From the NCBI GenBank assembly GCA_963700285.1, contig CAVOXA010000010.1, forward strand, positions 1,888,001 to 1,952,000: a stretch of 64,000 nucleotides of DNA. The letters are read 5' to 3'. Position 1 is the stretch's first letter. Each line of letters opens with the position of its first letter. The position numbers were made by a program, and so were the translations under genes. Below the pieces are notes generated by a model. The model made no database searches, had not been told where the DNA came from, and saw nothing but the letters and a program-made list of their open reading frames with translations. This DNA is from an uncultured Chloroflexia bacterium (GTDB taxonomy: Bacteria > Chloroflexota > Anaerolineae > JAAYZQ01). This document shows, piece after piece, positions 49,893 to 60,343 of the stretch.

Positions 49893-50909
49893 TTACACTC
49901 GGCGCCGGCGCCGGACATAGTCAAAGGTGATGGCTACCAGCAAAACCATATAGATCACGATCCTGTGCCAGTAGGGGTTGATGTTGAGGATGATCATCTC
50001 GTTCTGCAGTACACCGATGAGCATGGAACCGACGATGACGCCCGGAACGCTGCCTTCACCGCCCATCAAGCTCAGCCCGCCCAGGATACAGGCCGCGATA
50101 GCCAGTAGCTCATAGCCTTCGCCGGTACCGGGGTGACCGAGGCTCATGCGGCCAGCCTGGATCATGCCCACGGTCACAGCACAAACCACCGAGACGATGT
50201 AGCAAAGGATGATCCGGGCATCGACGTTGACCCCCGAAAAACGGGCCGCTTCCTTGTTCCCACCGGCGGCATAGATCTGGCGGCCGATGAAGGTATAGCG
50301 CAGCAAATAGTGGGCAAGGACGGCGACAAAAACACAGATGATCACCGGCACGGGAATGATGTCAAAGAGGTAGCCCTGCCCCATGGCGCTAAAGGCGCGC
50401 GGGAGTCCGGTGATGGGGAAAGCGTTGGTCACCACCAAGATGAATCCGCGGGCCACGCCCATGGTCACCAGGGTGATTAGAAAACCATGCATGTTGAGCT
50501 TGGTCACAAAAAGGCCATGGATCATGCCCACGCCCAAACCCAGTGCCAGCGTCATGAGGATAGCGAGCCAGATGGGCAAGCCCATGTTCATCATGAAATA
50601 GGCAGACATGACGCCGCCAAAGCCCACCATAGAACCAACCGACAGGTCGATACCGGCTGTAATAATGGTAAAGCCCACACCGATGGCTGCGATGGCCAGA
50701 ATGCCAACGTCACGAGTCATGATCTTTAGATTGGCCCCTGACATGAGCCGGGGGTTGATGATCGTCCCCACGACCAACAGCAAGATCACGATCAAAAAGA
50801 TTACAAACTCGGTGACACTAAACAGGCCCTTGATGGATTCCCAGATGCCTGGTCGGGCTGCCCTGCTTCGGGGTCCGTTCCCCTTGACGTCCGTCGTTGC
50901 ACTTTCCAT
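49893..50909 (-). CDS. Monosaccharide ABC transporter permease (RbsC-like)
   Basis: GIDLSVGS, GGNKEAARFSG, YELLAIAACILGG. Confidence 0.92.
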   Translation of the reverse strand: MESATTDVKGNGPRSRAARPGIWESIKGLFSVTEFVIFLIVILLLVVGTIINPRLMSGANLKIMTRDVGILAIAAIGVGFTIITAGIDLSVGSMVGFGGVMSAYFMMNMGLPIWLAILMTLALGLGVGMIHGLFVTKLNMHGFLITLVTMGVARGFILVVTNAFPITGLPRAFSAMGQGYLFDIIPVPVIICVFVAVLAHYLLRYTFIGRQIYAAGGNKEAARFSGVNVDARIILCYIVSVVCAVTVGMIQAGRMSLGHPGTGEGYELLAIAACILGGLSLMGGEGSVPGVIVGSMLIGVLQNEMIILNINPYWHRIVIYMVLLVAITFDYVRRRRRV

Positions 50910-50926
50910 TGTGAACTGCCTCCAGA

Positions 50927-52471
50927 CTATCCGTGGTGATTTTCGGTCCCGATTTCGGACAATGCTTCCAGTTTTAGGAACTTGGTGGCGGCGGTCATGA
51001 TCTCTTCTTGCGTCGTCCCCTTGGCATCAAACTCGCCTGTGACCCTGCCCTGGCACATGACCACCACTCTATCGCTCATACCCAGGATCTCGGGCATTTC
51101 GGACGAGATCATCAGAATGCCCATACCTTGCTGGGCCAGGCGGCTCATCAGGGCGTGGACCTCGGCCTTGGCGCCCACATCAATGCCCCGAGTGGGCTCG
51201 TCCATGATCAGGATCTTGGGCTCGGTACTCAGCCACTTGGCCAGGACCACTTTTTGTTGGTTGCCGCCGCTCAGATTGCTCACCGTCTGCGACAGGCTGG
51301 GGGTGGCAATCGAAAGAGCCTCCACATAGCGAGCCGCGATATCTGACTCTTTCTTTGTGCTGATGGCTCCCAATAGGTTTGAGATCCGTTGCAGAATTGC
51401 CATGGTAGTGTTCTGCTTGACGTCCATGCTCAAGATCAAGCCGTGCTGTTTGCGATCCTCAGGCACCCAACCGATGCCAAGCTTGACAGCATCGCCGGGA
51501 TGGCCTATGTCGACTTTTTTGCCTTCCACCAATATCTCGCCGCCGGTTAGCCGATCCACGCCGTTGATGAGGCGAGCAACGTCTGTTCGACCAGCGCCCA
51601 CAAGGCCAGCCAGTCCAACAATTTCGCCAGCATGCACCGTAAAGCTCACGTCCCGGACACCCCTGTCACCCGAGAGATTGCGGACCTCGAGAACCGGCTC
51701 CCGGATCTCGGCCTCCTCCTTGGGGAACAACTTGACCTGCCGTCCCACCATGTGGCGGATGATCTTTTCCTCGGTAGCATCAGCCGAGTCCAAGTCGCCC
51801 ACTCGACGGCCATCGCGCATAACCACGATGCGGTCGACTACCTCGAGAACCTCATCCAGGCGGTGGCTTACAAAGACGACCGGCACCCCCTTCTCTTTCA
51901 GGCGCCGCATCAGAGCGAAAAGCGCATCCACCTCTTTGCTGGACAGAGCTGAGGTGGGTTCATCCATCTGGATCAGGCTGGCATTCTGTGCGACAGCCTT
52001 GGCAATCTCTACCATTTGCTGGGCAGCGACAGGCAGCTCTCTGACCGTCGTTTTCCCAGAGATATCGGCGCCCAGGTCGTGCAGAATCGCTTCTGATTCC
52101 CGGTTCATGCGCCGGAAATCCACCATGCCCAGGGCGGGCACGCGAAGAGGTTCCTGGTTGAGGAACACATTCTCAGCAACGGTCAAGTGCGGCACCAGCG
52201 CCAATTCCTGGTAGATGGTACTGATACCCAGCTCCTGAGCCTCGTGGGGCGTTCGCGGTTCAACTTGCTTCCCGTTCAACCAGATCGCGCCATCATCCAA
52301 CTCGTACACGCCCGACACGATCTTGATGAGCGTTGACTTGCCGGCCCCATTCTCGCCGACTAGACCCAGGATCTCCCCCGGATAGACCTCAAAGTCCACG
52401 TCATCCAGAGCCTGGACACCCGGGAAGGCCTTGTAAATCCCTTCCATACGAAGCAAAGGGTCAGTTTCCAT
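50927..52471 (-). CDS. Monosaccharide ABC transporter ATPase (RbsA-like)
   Basis: GENGAGKST, LSGGNQQK, DEPTRGIDVG. Confidence 0.95.
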   Translation of the reverse strand: METDPLLRMEGIYKAFPGVQALDDVDFEVYPGEILGLVGENGAGKSTLIKIVSGVYELDDGAIWLNGKQVEPRTPHEAQELGISTIYQELALVPHLTVAENVFLNQEPLRVPALGMVDFRRMNRESEAILHDLGADISGKTTVRELPVAAQQMVEIAKAVAQNASLIQMDEPTSALSSKEVDALFALMRRLKEKGVPVVFVSHRLDEVLEVVDRIVVMRDGRRVGDLDSADATEEKIIRHMVGRQVKLFPKEEAEIREPVLEVRNLSGDRGVRDVSFTVHAGEIVGLAGLVGAGRTDVARLINGVDRLTGGEILVEGKKVDIGHPGDAVKLGIGWVPEDRKQHGLILSMDVKQNTTMAILQRISNLLGAISTKKESDIAARYVEALSIATPSLSQTVSNLSGGNQQKVVLAKWLSTEPKILIMDEPTRGIDVGAKAEVHALMSRLAQQGMGILMISSEMPEILGMSDRVVVMCQGRVTGEFDAKGTTQEEIMTAATKFLKLEALSEIGTENHHG

Positions 52472-52508
52472 GTGGTAGTCCCTTCTTCTCGACTATTGAC
52501 AGCGAGTG

Positions 52509-52539
52509 GGGTGCTCTCCCCTGCAAGGGGAGAGCACCC
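52509..52539. terminator. 14-bp stem-loop after the binding-protein gene
   Basis: GGGTGCTCTCCCCT-GCA-AGGGGAGAGCACCC. Typical position for an mRNA-stabilising or partial-termination hairpin. Confidence 0.65.
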
Positions 52540-52580
52540 GCCTCAAACCTACTCAAGTAGGTCGTCTACTACCTTGGACG

Positions 52581-53807
52581 CTACTGTGACGGGATACCGA
52601 TGGAGTCCAGGTACTCCTGGTACAAGCCAAAGGTGTCGGCCAGGATCACATCGACGCCGGTGTTCAGGCGAATCTTGCCCTCGTCACCCAGCTCGTCCAG
52701 ATAGGGATCCAGGAGTGCCATCGTCTCTTCCACGCCAAGGATGGTCATGGCGTTCATGACGTAGCCGCTCAGGTAGCCGTAAAAGTACACGCGCTGCCCG
52801 ATCATGGCCTGGACTGCGCCGTCTTCCATGCAGCGCTGCGTTTCCGGCTCGGCGTCAAAGGCCACGATCTTGACCTCGCCTTCCTTGCCCGCCTGTTTGA
52901 CCGCCTGGCAGGCCGCCGGGCCATCGTAGGAGTAGAAGGTGATAAAGCCGGCCAGGTCCTCGTACTTTTGCATGGCCGTCTGGGCGTTGCTCAGGGCAAC
53001 CTCGGGCTTGATGTCGTCCAGGAGCACCTCGACCATCTCCAGGCCGGTGCCTTCCAGCACGTCATTGACTCCGGCGATGCGGTCCTGGGCGTTCTGGGCC
53101 GTGGCATAGCCAACCAGGCCAACCACCTTGCCCTCGCCGATGAGATCCAGAGCCGCCTGGCCCGCCGCACGACCCGCATCGTAGTCGGACATACCGATGT
53201 ACATGGATCGCTCGCTGCCGGTAGCATCCGAGTCGGTGTTGATGACGTGAATGCCCTTGGCCACCGCATCCGCGATGATGTCGTGCGGGGCTTCGCGGTC
53301 AATGGACGAGAAGGTGATGGCATTGTAACCATCGTTTACAAAGGTCTCCAGCATGGTAAGCTGCTGAGAGAGCTTCTCAGCGGCGGTTGGCGCCTGGAAC
53401 ATGATGGGAACATTGATCTCCAACGAGGCGCGCGACGCACCGGTCTGAGCCGCGGTCCAGAAGGGAGCCACGGCATTGGTCAGCAGCACGTACTTGGCCC
53501 CACCAGGAGGCGCCATGCCTTCGGTGGCTGCCTTCAAGACTTCTACTGCTTCGAACAGGTCGTCGGGCTTGTAGGGGTTAGGGGCGCCCGCCTCGGGCGC
53601 GGCCGGAACCTCGACCTCGACGGTCACGACCTTTTCGACCTCTTTCTCGACCTCGACGACCTCGGTCACGATCTTTTCAACCTCTTTTTCGACCTCGACC
53701 ACTACAGTCTCGACCACGACCTGAGGTTCCGGCGCAGCGCCGCAACCGGCCAGCACCAGCGCCAGAATGGCCAACAAACTGACAAGCAAAGCTACTTTGG
53801 TCTTCAC
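52581..53807 (-). CDS. Sugar ABC substrate-binding lipoprotein
   Basis: GTG start after GGAGG, lipobox LAGC, EVEK-repeat linker, RbsB-like domain (PFWT, NTDSD, VAFD). Confidence 0.9.
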   Translation of the reverse strand: MKTKVALLVSLLAILALVLAGCGAAPEPQVVVETVVVEVEKEVEKIVTEVVEVEKEVEKVVTVEVEVPAAPEAGAPNPYKPDDLFEAVEVLKAATEGMAPPGGAKYVLLTNAVAPFWTAAQTGASRASLEINVPIMFQAPTAAEKLSQQLTMLETFVNDGYNAITFSSIDREAPHDIIADAVAKGIHVINTDSDATGSERSMYIGMSDYDAGRAAGQAALDLIGEGKVVGLVGYATAQNAQDRIAGVNDVLEGTGLEMVEVLLDDIKPEVALSNAQTAMQKYEDLAGFITFYSYDGPAACQAVKQAGKEGEVKIVAFDAEPETQRCMEDGAVQAMIGQRVYFYGYLSGYVMNAMTILGVEETMALLDPYLDELGDEGKIRLNTGVDVILADTFGLYQEYLDSIGIPSQ

Positions 53808-54069
53808 GATCTTTTTCCTCCTTTGGTTGTGCATGTGGTTTGAACTACCTCTTGCCTCTCGACCTGCCCCTTGAATCTGGGCCACCGCATCGAGCGGCAT
53901 CTTCCTGATGACGGCTTGCTTTGTTTGGGTGTGCACCTCCTTTCGGTAGTGCGCCTATCCAGGGAGCCACCACAGCCAGCCCTGTGCGGCAGGGTCTTGG
54001 CGGCCACCATGGCAGCAATGTATTCCAGCCGCACGGCGACGAGCCCACTGAACAGGACAAGGCTCCAAC

Positions 54070-54852
54070 TCAGCATGAACAAACATAAAAGTCACCCGGA
54101 GCCATGACAACAGGCCGCGCCTTGCTGCCTTCGCTGGTGAGCGCCGCAACGAAATCGGCAGAGTCGGCCGTATTTTCGGCGACCAAACCCCAGTGCATGG
54201 GGATGACCACGGTTGGCTCGACCTCCCTGGTCAATTTGCCCGCTTCCTCCGGCGTCATGTTTCCGTATTGGCCATTGATGCAGACCAACATGATGTCTGG
54301 CTGAAAGGCGCTGGCTGCTTTGAGATCGGGATGGTAGAGCGTGTCGCCAGTATGGTAGACGATGATCCCCTCCAGGTCAAGAACAAAGCCTACTGCGTCC
54401 GGCTGGGGCGCGCCAGCCTCGGACTCGTGGTGGGCAAAGACAGCCGAGACGGGAACACCCGCGATCGTCTGACTCTCGCCCCGGTTGATCTCGACGATGC
54501 GCCCGGCCGGAATCCCCCAATCCCGCATGGCCTGGACGCACAGCGCCGGTCCGGCGATGATGGTATCACTGGCAGCCGCGATGTCGGGGATCGAGTGCGG
54601 ATCCAAATGGTCCTCGTGTGCATGCGTTGCCAGCACCAGGTCCGCCTCTACCTCGCTGGGCGGGAAAGGAATCGGCGAACCCGGCAGGCGCTGCCACGAA
54701 TAGAAATGATCGAGGGAGTCAGAGAGGTAGGGATCCACGTAGACGATCTTGCCCCCGCCCGTCTTGAAGGCAAAGCCCGCTCCCCCCAGCCAGAAAACGG
54801 CCAGGCTGCCGGATGGGACTGAAAGGTCTCGAATACTCTTGGCAAGGGTCAT
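54070..54852 (-). CDS. Metallo-beta-lactamase fold hydrolase (UlaG-like lactonase)
   Basis: FWLGGAG, THAHEDHLD, YHTGDT, IPMHW. Confidence 0.85.
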   Translation of the reverse strand: MTLAKSIRDLSVPSGSLAVFWLGGAGFAFKTGGGKIVYVDPYLSDSLDHFYSWQRLPGSPIPFPPSEVEADLVLATHAHEDHLDPHSIPDIAAASDTIIAGPALCVQAMRDWGIPAGRIVEINRGESQTIAGVPVSAVFAHHESEAGAPQPDAVGFVLDLEGIIVYHTGDTLYHPDLKAASAFQPDIMLVCINGQYGNMTPEEAGKLTREVEPTVVIPMHWGLVAENTADSADFVAALTSEGSKARPVVMAPGDFYVCSC

Positions 54853-54857
54853 CAGAA

Positions 54858-55928
54858 TTACAGTCCTCCCGGAGCCACCAGGATCTTGAGGTTCCCCGCT
54901 CGATCCCTGAGCAACTCCTCCAGTCCTTTCTCGACAATGTCATCCAGGGCAATACGGCCAGTGATGAGCGGTTCGGCATCGATCCGCCCATCGCCCAACA
55001 GTTTGACGGCCGAGGCAAAGTCCTCGTCGTAGACGTGGGAAAATGAGCCGATCAACTCGATCTCATCGCAGACCAATGGGAAAAAGTTGATCGGAACCGG
55101 TTCGTTGGTCAGGCTCAGAACGACGACGCGCCCCCGTTTGCAGGCGAGCTTGGGGGCCAGAGCGATCGTCTCGGCATTGCCGCCTGACTCCAGCACGACG
55201 TCAACCCCACGGCCACCGGTGAGATCCTTGATGGACTGAACGACGTCGACCTCCGCCGGATCGAATACCTGGGCGGCGCCCATCCGGGACGCAAGCTCGC
55301 GGCGGCTGGCCTCGATCTCGATGACGTATACCTCTGAGGCACCGGCCAGGAGAGCCGTCTGCAGGCAGAGCAAACCAATGGTCCCAGCGCCAACCACCGC
55401 CACCGTATCCCCAAACGTTGTTCGTGCCTGGCGATTGGCCCGGATGGCGACCGAAGCCGGTTCGCCCAGCACGGCAACCTCGGACGAAACGCCGGGTGGT
55501 AGGTGGAAGCACATGTAGGTGGGCGCGTTCACATACTCGGCAAAGCCGCCATGGGTCATCAAGCCCAGGATGGCCAGGTTCTCGCACTGGTGTACCAAAT
55601 GGCGCTTGCACCAGTGGCACTCCCCACAGTGGATCAACGTATCGGGCGTGACGACGTCTCCCACCTCAAAGCCGGTGACACCGGGTCCAATCTCGGCTAT
55701 CGTGCCGACGAATTCGTGACCCAGAATCATCGGCGCCTGGACCCCTGTGAGCGGGTTCGGCTCGTCCACCGGGATATAGAGCGGTCCGAAGAGATACTCC
55801 TCCAGGTCGGTGCCGCACAGGCCACACCACTCAACCTTGATCTTGATCTCGCCCTCGCCCGGCGCTGGCGGATCGGGAAACTCTATGACGCGGATGTCGC
55901 GTCGGCCGTACCAGACTGCTGCTTTCAT
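54858..55928 (-). CDS. Zn-dependent polyol/butanediol dehydrogenase family
   Basis: CGTD, GHEF, CGECHWC...C, GAGTIG. Confidence 0.9.
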   Translation of the reverse strand: MKAAVWYGRRDIRVIEFPDPPAPGEGEIKIKVEWCGLCGTDLEEYLFGPLYIPVDEPNPLTGVQAPMILGHEFVGTIAEIGPGVTGFEVGDVVTPDTLIHCGECHWCKRHLVHQCENLAILGLMTHGGFAEYVNAPTYMCFHLPPGVSSEVAVLGEPASVAIRANRQARTTFGDTVAVVGAGTIGLLCLQTALLAGASEVYVIEIEASRRELASRMGAAQVFDPAEVDVVQSIKDLTGGRGVDVVLESGGNAETIALAPKLACKRGRVVVLSLTNEPVPINFFPLVCDEIELIGSFSHVYDEDFASAVKLLGDGRIDAEPLITGRIALDDIVEKGLEELLRDRAGNLKILVAPGGL

Positions 55929-56003
55929 CCTAGCCTCACCTATAGTACGCGGTCTCTAGCGCGCCTCAGTTCCTCCACTTTCTCACAAATCTACGCAGGC
56001 ATC

Positions 56004-57098
56004 TCACACAGGACTCAGAGCCGCGGACAGCCCAAGCTCCGAGCCGCAGGGCACACGGTCCGGGAGCGCAGCAACTGGCCTGCAAGAGTCACGTTCTACC
56101 AGCATAGTGCCAAGACTGTAGGTGCGCGGCTTGTCAGGGGGATGTCCCTCCCTGATCCAGCGCAACAACAGATCCACGGCCAACATTCCCATCTCCTCCA
56201 CAGCGATATCGACCGTGGTGACAGGCGGTTGCCAGAAACTGAGCCATTCGGAATCGTCAAAGGCAACAACGGACATCTCATCGGGAACACGAACACCACG
56301 CCTGGCCAGGGCCGTCATTGTCCCCACCAAAAGGCGGTTGCTGGTGGCAAAGATGGCGGAAGGCCGGGGGGAAAGCGCAAGCAGTTGTTCGGTAGCCTCA
56401 AGGCCATGATCCTTGCTAAAGTCCCCAACCTTGAGCAGTTGGGGATCGATGGCCAGGCCGGCATCCATCATGGCGTGCTTGAAGCCCTGGATCCGATCCG
56501 CACCTGTCGTGGTCTCTGGTGAGCCAACAACCAGGGCAATGCGCTCGTGGCCCAAACCGATGAGGTGCTGGGTTCCCCGATAGGCGCCCCTCAGGTTGTC
56601 AGCCAGTACACAATCTAGCAGATCCGCCTCGCGCTGCCTGTTGATTTCTACAAAGGGAATGCCCTGGCGGACAAAGCGGCGGGTGTGGTCGGAATAGTCA
56701 CCATCGGCTGGCGGCACATAGATGATGCCATCGACTTTCCGTTCCCAGAGAAACTGCAAATAGTCGATATACCGCTCAGTAGATTCCCTCGTAATGCCCA
56801 AGAGCATGATGTAGCCACGCTGCGCGAGATGATGCTCTATCGCCTGAGACACTCCGGTATAGTAGACGTTCAAGATATCAGGAATAATGAGCGCCACCAG
56901 CTTGGATGGCATCCCCCGCAGGCCTCGGGCGCGTGCATCGGGGCGGTAGTCTAATTCCACAATCGCCCCTTCGACGCGCTGGCGGGTCTTTTCCCCGACG
57001 TAGCCGCTGTCATTCAGGACACGGGAAACGGTCGCGGGCGACACCTCAGCGAATCTGGCGATGTCCTTGATAGTCACATGAGACTTGGCTTCTGTCAC
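56004..57098 (-). CDS. LacI-family transcriptional regulator
   Basis: TIKDIARFAEVSPATVSRVLN HTH, VPDEMSVVAFDD. Confidence 0.93.
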   Translation of the reverse strand: MTEAKSHVTIKDIARFAEVSPATVSRVLNDSGYVGEKTRQRVEGAIVELDYRPDARARGLRGMPSKLVALIIPDILNVYYTGVSQAIEHHLAQRGYIMLLGITRESTERYIDYLQFLWERKVDGIIYVPPADGDYSDHTRRFVRQGIPFVEINRQREADLLDCVLADNLRGAYRGTQHLIGLGHERIALVVGSPETTTGADRIQGFKHAMMDAGLAIDPQLLKVGDFSKDHGLEATEQLLALSPRPSAIFATSNRLLVGTMTALARRGVRVPDEMSVVAFDDSEWLSFWQPPVTTVDIAVEEMGMLAVDLLLRWIREGHPPDKPRTYSLGTMLVERDSCRPVAALPDRVPCGSELGLSAALSPV

Positions 57099-57167
57099 AC
57101 CATCCCCACACACCCTGGTATAGGCAATAAACAGCAAATAGATCTGGCTCGTCAATGAAACCGGGGC

Positions 57168-57213
57168 TGAAAACGATTTCATATATTCTACCATATTTGG
57201 CCAGGGATGTCAA
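57168..57213 (-). promoter_or_regulatory. Promoter with LacI-type operator
   Basis: TTGACA-17-TAGAAT (57213-57185). Near-palindrome TGAAAACGATTTCA at 57168-57181 over the predicted start site. Confidence 0.75.
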
Positions 57214-57255
57214 GTGTCCCTTTTGCACCGCGACGCTGCCCAACAGATCGATTGC

Positions 57256-58488
57256 TTACTGGAGCAAGGGCTCGCGCAGGATGTCGTCCAGAACCAGCGC
57301 TACCGCGCCCAGGACACAGGCATCTGCTCCATGGGCAGCCGTGACCACCTGGACCCCCTGGCGAGCCAGCGCCAGGGCGTGCCGCCGCATCGCCGCATCG
57401 ATGGCTGGTAGCAGAAAAACGCTGGCCAGGCTCAGCGCCCCGCCCAGAACGACCATTTCCGGATTGAAGGCATTGACCAGATTGGCGATGCCTATTCCCA
57501 ACTGGACGCCGACCGCTTGCAGCGCCGCCTTGGCCACAGGATCCCCGTCCTCGGCAGCCTGTACGACGATGCTCACATCCATCGAGCCCAGATCACCGTC
57601 GACAAGGGACCTCATCCGGCTCGGGGTACCGCTCTCAGCGATTAGTCTCTCAACACGCCTCACAATCGCCTGGGGCCCCACCACGGTCTCCCAGCAGCCT
57701 CGCTTGCCACAGCCGCAGGGTTCACCGTCAGGATCGACCGTCATGTGCCCGATCTCGCCCGCATAGCCGCCGCTGCCCCGGAAGAGCTTGCCGTTGAGGA
57801 TGATGCCTCCACCGAGGCCGACACCGGCGCTCAAATAGATGAGACTCCCCACGTCACGGGCCACGCCGAAATAGTACTCACCCAGAGCCGCGGCATTGGC
57901 CTCATTCTCGACAAAGACGGGCAGATTGAACCGTTCAGTGAATATTCCACGCAAGGGCACGTCGTACCACCCCAGGTTCGGGGCGAAGGCGAGGCTACCC
58001 TGACGGGTGTCTACCAGGCCTGGCACGCCCAAGCCAATGCCCAAAGGCCGCAGATCTTTCGCCTGGCCGGCGCCCAGTGCTGCCTGGATAAGAGACGCAG
58101 TACGCTCGACAATGACAGCCTGCAGATCCTGTGGATGCGAAGGTACCCGCTGCAGCCACAGGGTCTGGGCCAGAAAATCCGTAGCGGCCACGCAGATATA
58201 GTCGACGCCGATCTCGACGCCAACGGCAAAGCCGCCGTCGGGGCTGAGCTCCAGCAACATGCCAGGGCGCCCGCGCTCAGAGGGCGCCAAGCCGATCTCG
58301 CGGACGTATTGTTCCTGTAACAGGTCGTTGATGACACTGGAGACGGTACTGCGGTTCAGACCGGTAGCGGCCGAGAGACCCGCGCGCGACAGGGGTCCGC
58401 GCATGCGCAGGCACTCCAGGATATGTGAGGTGTTTAGTTTGCGAACCAGGACCTGATCGGCGGTCCCTGACTGCTCGGCCACGAGCAT
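57256..58488 (-). CDS. ROK-family (XylR-like) repressor
   Basis: SRAGLSAATGLNRSTVS HTH, ENEANAAALGE, GEIGH, CGCGKRGCWE. Confidence 0.92.
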   Translation of the reverse strand: MLVAEQSGTADQVLVRKLNTSHILECLRMRGPLSRAGLSAATGLNRSTVSSVINDLLQEQYVREIGLAPSERGRPGMLLELSPDGGFAVGVEIGVDYICVAATDFLAQTLWLQRVPSHPQDLQAVIVERTASLIQAALGAGQAKDLRPLGIGLGVPGLVDTRQGSLAFAPNLGWYDVPLRGIFTERFNLPVFVENEANAAALGEYYFGVARDVGSLIYLSAGVGLGGGIILNGKLFRGSGGYAGEIGHMTVDPDGEPCGCGKRGCWETVVGPQAIVRRVERLIAESGTPSRMRSLVDGDLGSMDVSIVVQAAEDGDPVAKAALQAVGVQLGIGIANLVNAFNPEMVVLGGALSLASVFLLPAIDAAMRRHALALARQGVQVVTAAHGADACVLGAVALVLDDILREPLLQ

Positions 58489-58553
58489 TTCTCCGGGTTG
58501 CACCGGCTCTTCAGGCCGGTTCTGGTGTCTGGCGGCGGACTGTGGCCCACCGT

Positions 58554-58609
58554 CTTTTGTTTGTTGCAGCGACAAACAAAAGTATAGCATGAATTGCTGA
58601 GCATGTCAA
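58554..58609 (-). promoter_or_regulatory. Promoter with XylR-type operator
   Basis: TTGACA-17-TATACT (58609-58581). 29-bp inverted repeat CTTTTGTTTGTTGC-A-GCGACAAACAAAAG (58554-58582). Confidence 0.75.
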
Positions 58610-59046
58610 GTCCTGGCTTCTCTGCCTTGTGGATCGTTTTCGGCGAGAACCATCTGTCGTGTGCGCAGGCTGGAACGCACGTCTTTCTGACTGATTCGAG
58701 TGGGAACACCTTGGTCCGCGTGATAGCCCTGGGCGATGGCGATTTCAGACCAGGAACAGCAAGGCCCCCTCATGGACCCCGGAGGTTTTCTGCAACCTCC
58801 GAGGTCTGAGTAAGATGGTCGCCGGGCTCGGGATCGGGTAGAGGCTCGTCGACGTCGGGGTCGATGCGGACGGTTCTGGTGAACAGACGCGCGGGGATGG
58901 CGATGGTGGGGTGGGTTGGGATGTCTGAGACTCGGATTAGTTGCATGGTTGCTGGTTTCGTGTTCCTAGTTTCTAGACCCTTAGGGTCCAAGGCAGACCC
59001 TAAGGGTCAAGATGAGATCCTTCACTCCGTTCAGGATAGCCTTCGG

Positions 59047-60268
59047 CTATTCCTCTCCTGCCGCGTAGGTGAAGCTGAGGCCGGTCAGGCGGACGTCGGC
59101 GGTGGCGCTGGTGTCGGATAGCTCGATCTTGAGCTTGAGGCGGTAGAAGCTGACGGATAGGTCGGAGGCGGTGACGCGGGAATCGGCGCCGGTGTTGGTG
59201 GCGGCCTGGGTGTAGGCGCCGCTGTCGTCGGCCTGGTACTTGATGGTGACGGTGGTGTTGGCCGGTGGCGTTCTTGACGGTGGCGGTGATGTTGAGCAGG
59301 CGCTTCTCGACGCCGGGGCGGTCGCCGTCGTGCCAGGAGGTCTCGAGAGCGCCGTCCTGCAGGGCGGAGCCGCCGTCCTGCAGGGCGGAGCCGCCGTCCT
59401 GCAGGGCGGAGCCGCCGGCGTGGCAGATGCCCTCGTCGCTGCCGGACTTGCCGGTAAGGATGATCTCACCGCCGCAGCTGGCGGCAATAGGCGTCATGCC
59501 GCTGGCGCCGAAGGTGGGAGTGAGGAAGTCGGTGAAGTGGTTGCCGACCAGGAGCTTGAAAGCGGCGGAGCTGGTGGTCAGCTCGTAGTAGAGCAGCTCG
59601 CCGCGCCAGGTCAGGAGGCCGATGCTGGAGGGGCTGGCGGCGGAGTCGGGGATGCGGGCGACGCGCTCGACACGGTAGCCGGTGTAGGCCAGGAGGTCGC
59701 GGGTGACGGTGCCGTCGGGGTTGGGGTGGGCGCCGGAGAGGAGCCAGAGGTCGTTGTCGTGGACGCAGAAGGGGCAGCCAGCGGAGGGATAGGCGCCGGT
59801 GTCGGCGGGCAGGACGGCCATGTCCTCGAGCTTGCGGACGGAGGTCTTGGCGTAGGCAACGGTGCGCATGACGCGGAGCTCGCCGTTGAGAATCGAGCAG
59901 ACGATGAGCAGGTCGTCCTTGAGGCCGGTGGCGAAGATGGGGACCAGGTCGTCGGCGGGGTTGTAGTGGCCCTCGAGGAGCGAGCCGTCGGTCATCATGC
60001 GGTAGATGCGGCAGTCGGGCTGGACGAGATAGACCCGGCCGCCGACGTAGGAGCGGGCGTTGGGGGCGTCATAGAAGATGCCCTCGACGGCGGTCAGGCC
60101 GGAATGGGTCAGGTGGGATGAGAGGGCCGGGGCGCGGCGCAGCTCCTGGCGGTCGAGGGTGGGCAGGAGGCCGGTCAGGGTGTATAAGTCGCCGGGCTTG
60201 CGGTGGATGTGCTGGCCGGCATTGGTCCAGAGGTTCTGGTGGATGCGGTGGAGGCGGATCTTGGGCAT
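59047..60268 (-). CDS. Putative phage tail nozzle/tubular-B-like protein (frameshift at ~59260)
   Basis: Beta-rich N-terminal part, then LETSWHDGDRPGVEKRLLNI...YRLKLKIEL...LTGLSFTY C-terminal sandwich. Assignment is by resemblance only. Confidence 0.5.
59351..59413. repeat. Perfect 21-bp x3 in-frame tandem repeat
   Basis: GCCGTCCTGCAGGGCGGAGCC three times, encoding GGSALQD repeats. Confidence 0.95.
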
Positions 60269-60343
60269 GGGTTAGGGCCTAGCCACGAATTGCACGAATT
60301 ACACGAAGGGGGAGGATGGGATCTCTTCGGAACCCGGAGGAGC

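Noticed and set aside
53580-53730. EVEK/VVT repetitive DNA in the binding protein
   Set aside because: A common low-complexity tether in lipoproteins of this lineage, not a separate element.
58770-58946. Small ORF MQLIRVSDIPTHP...
   Set aside because: Plausible phage gene fragment, but it ends in a repeat element and has no diagnostic motif.
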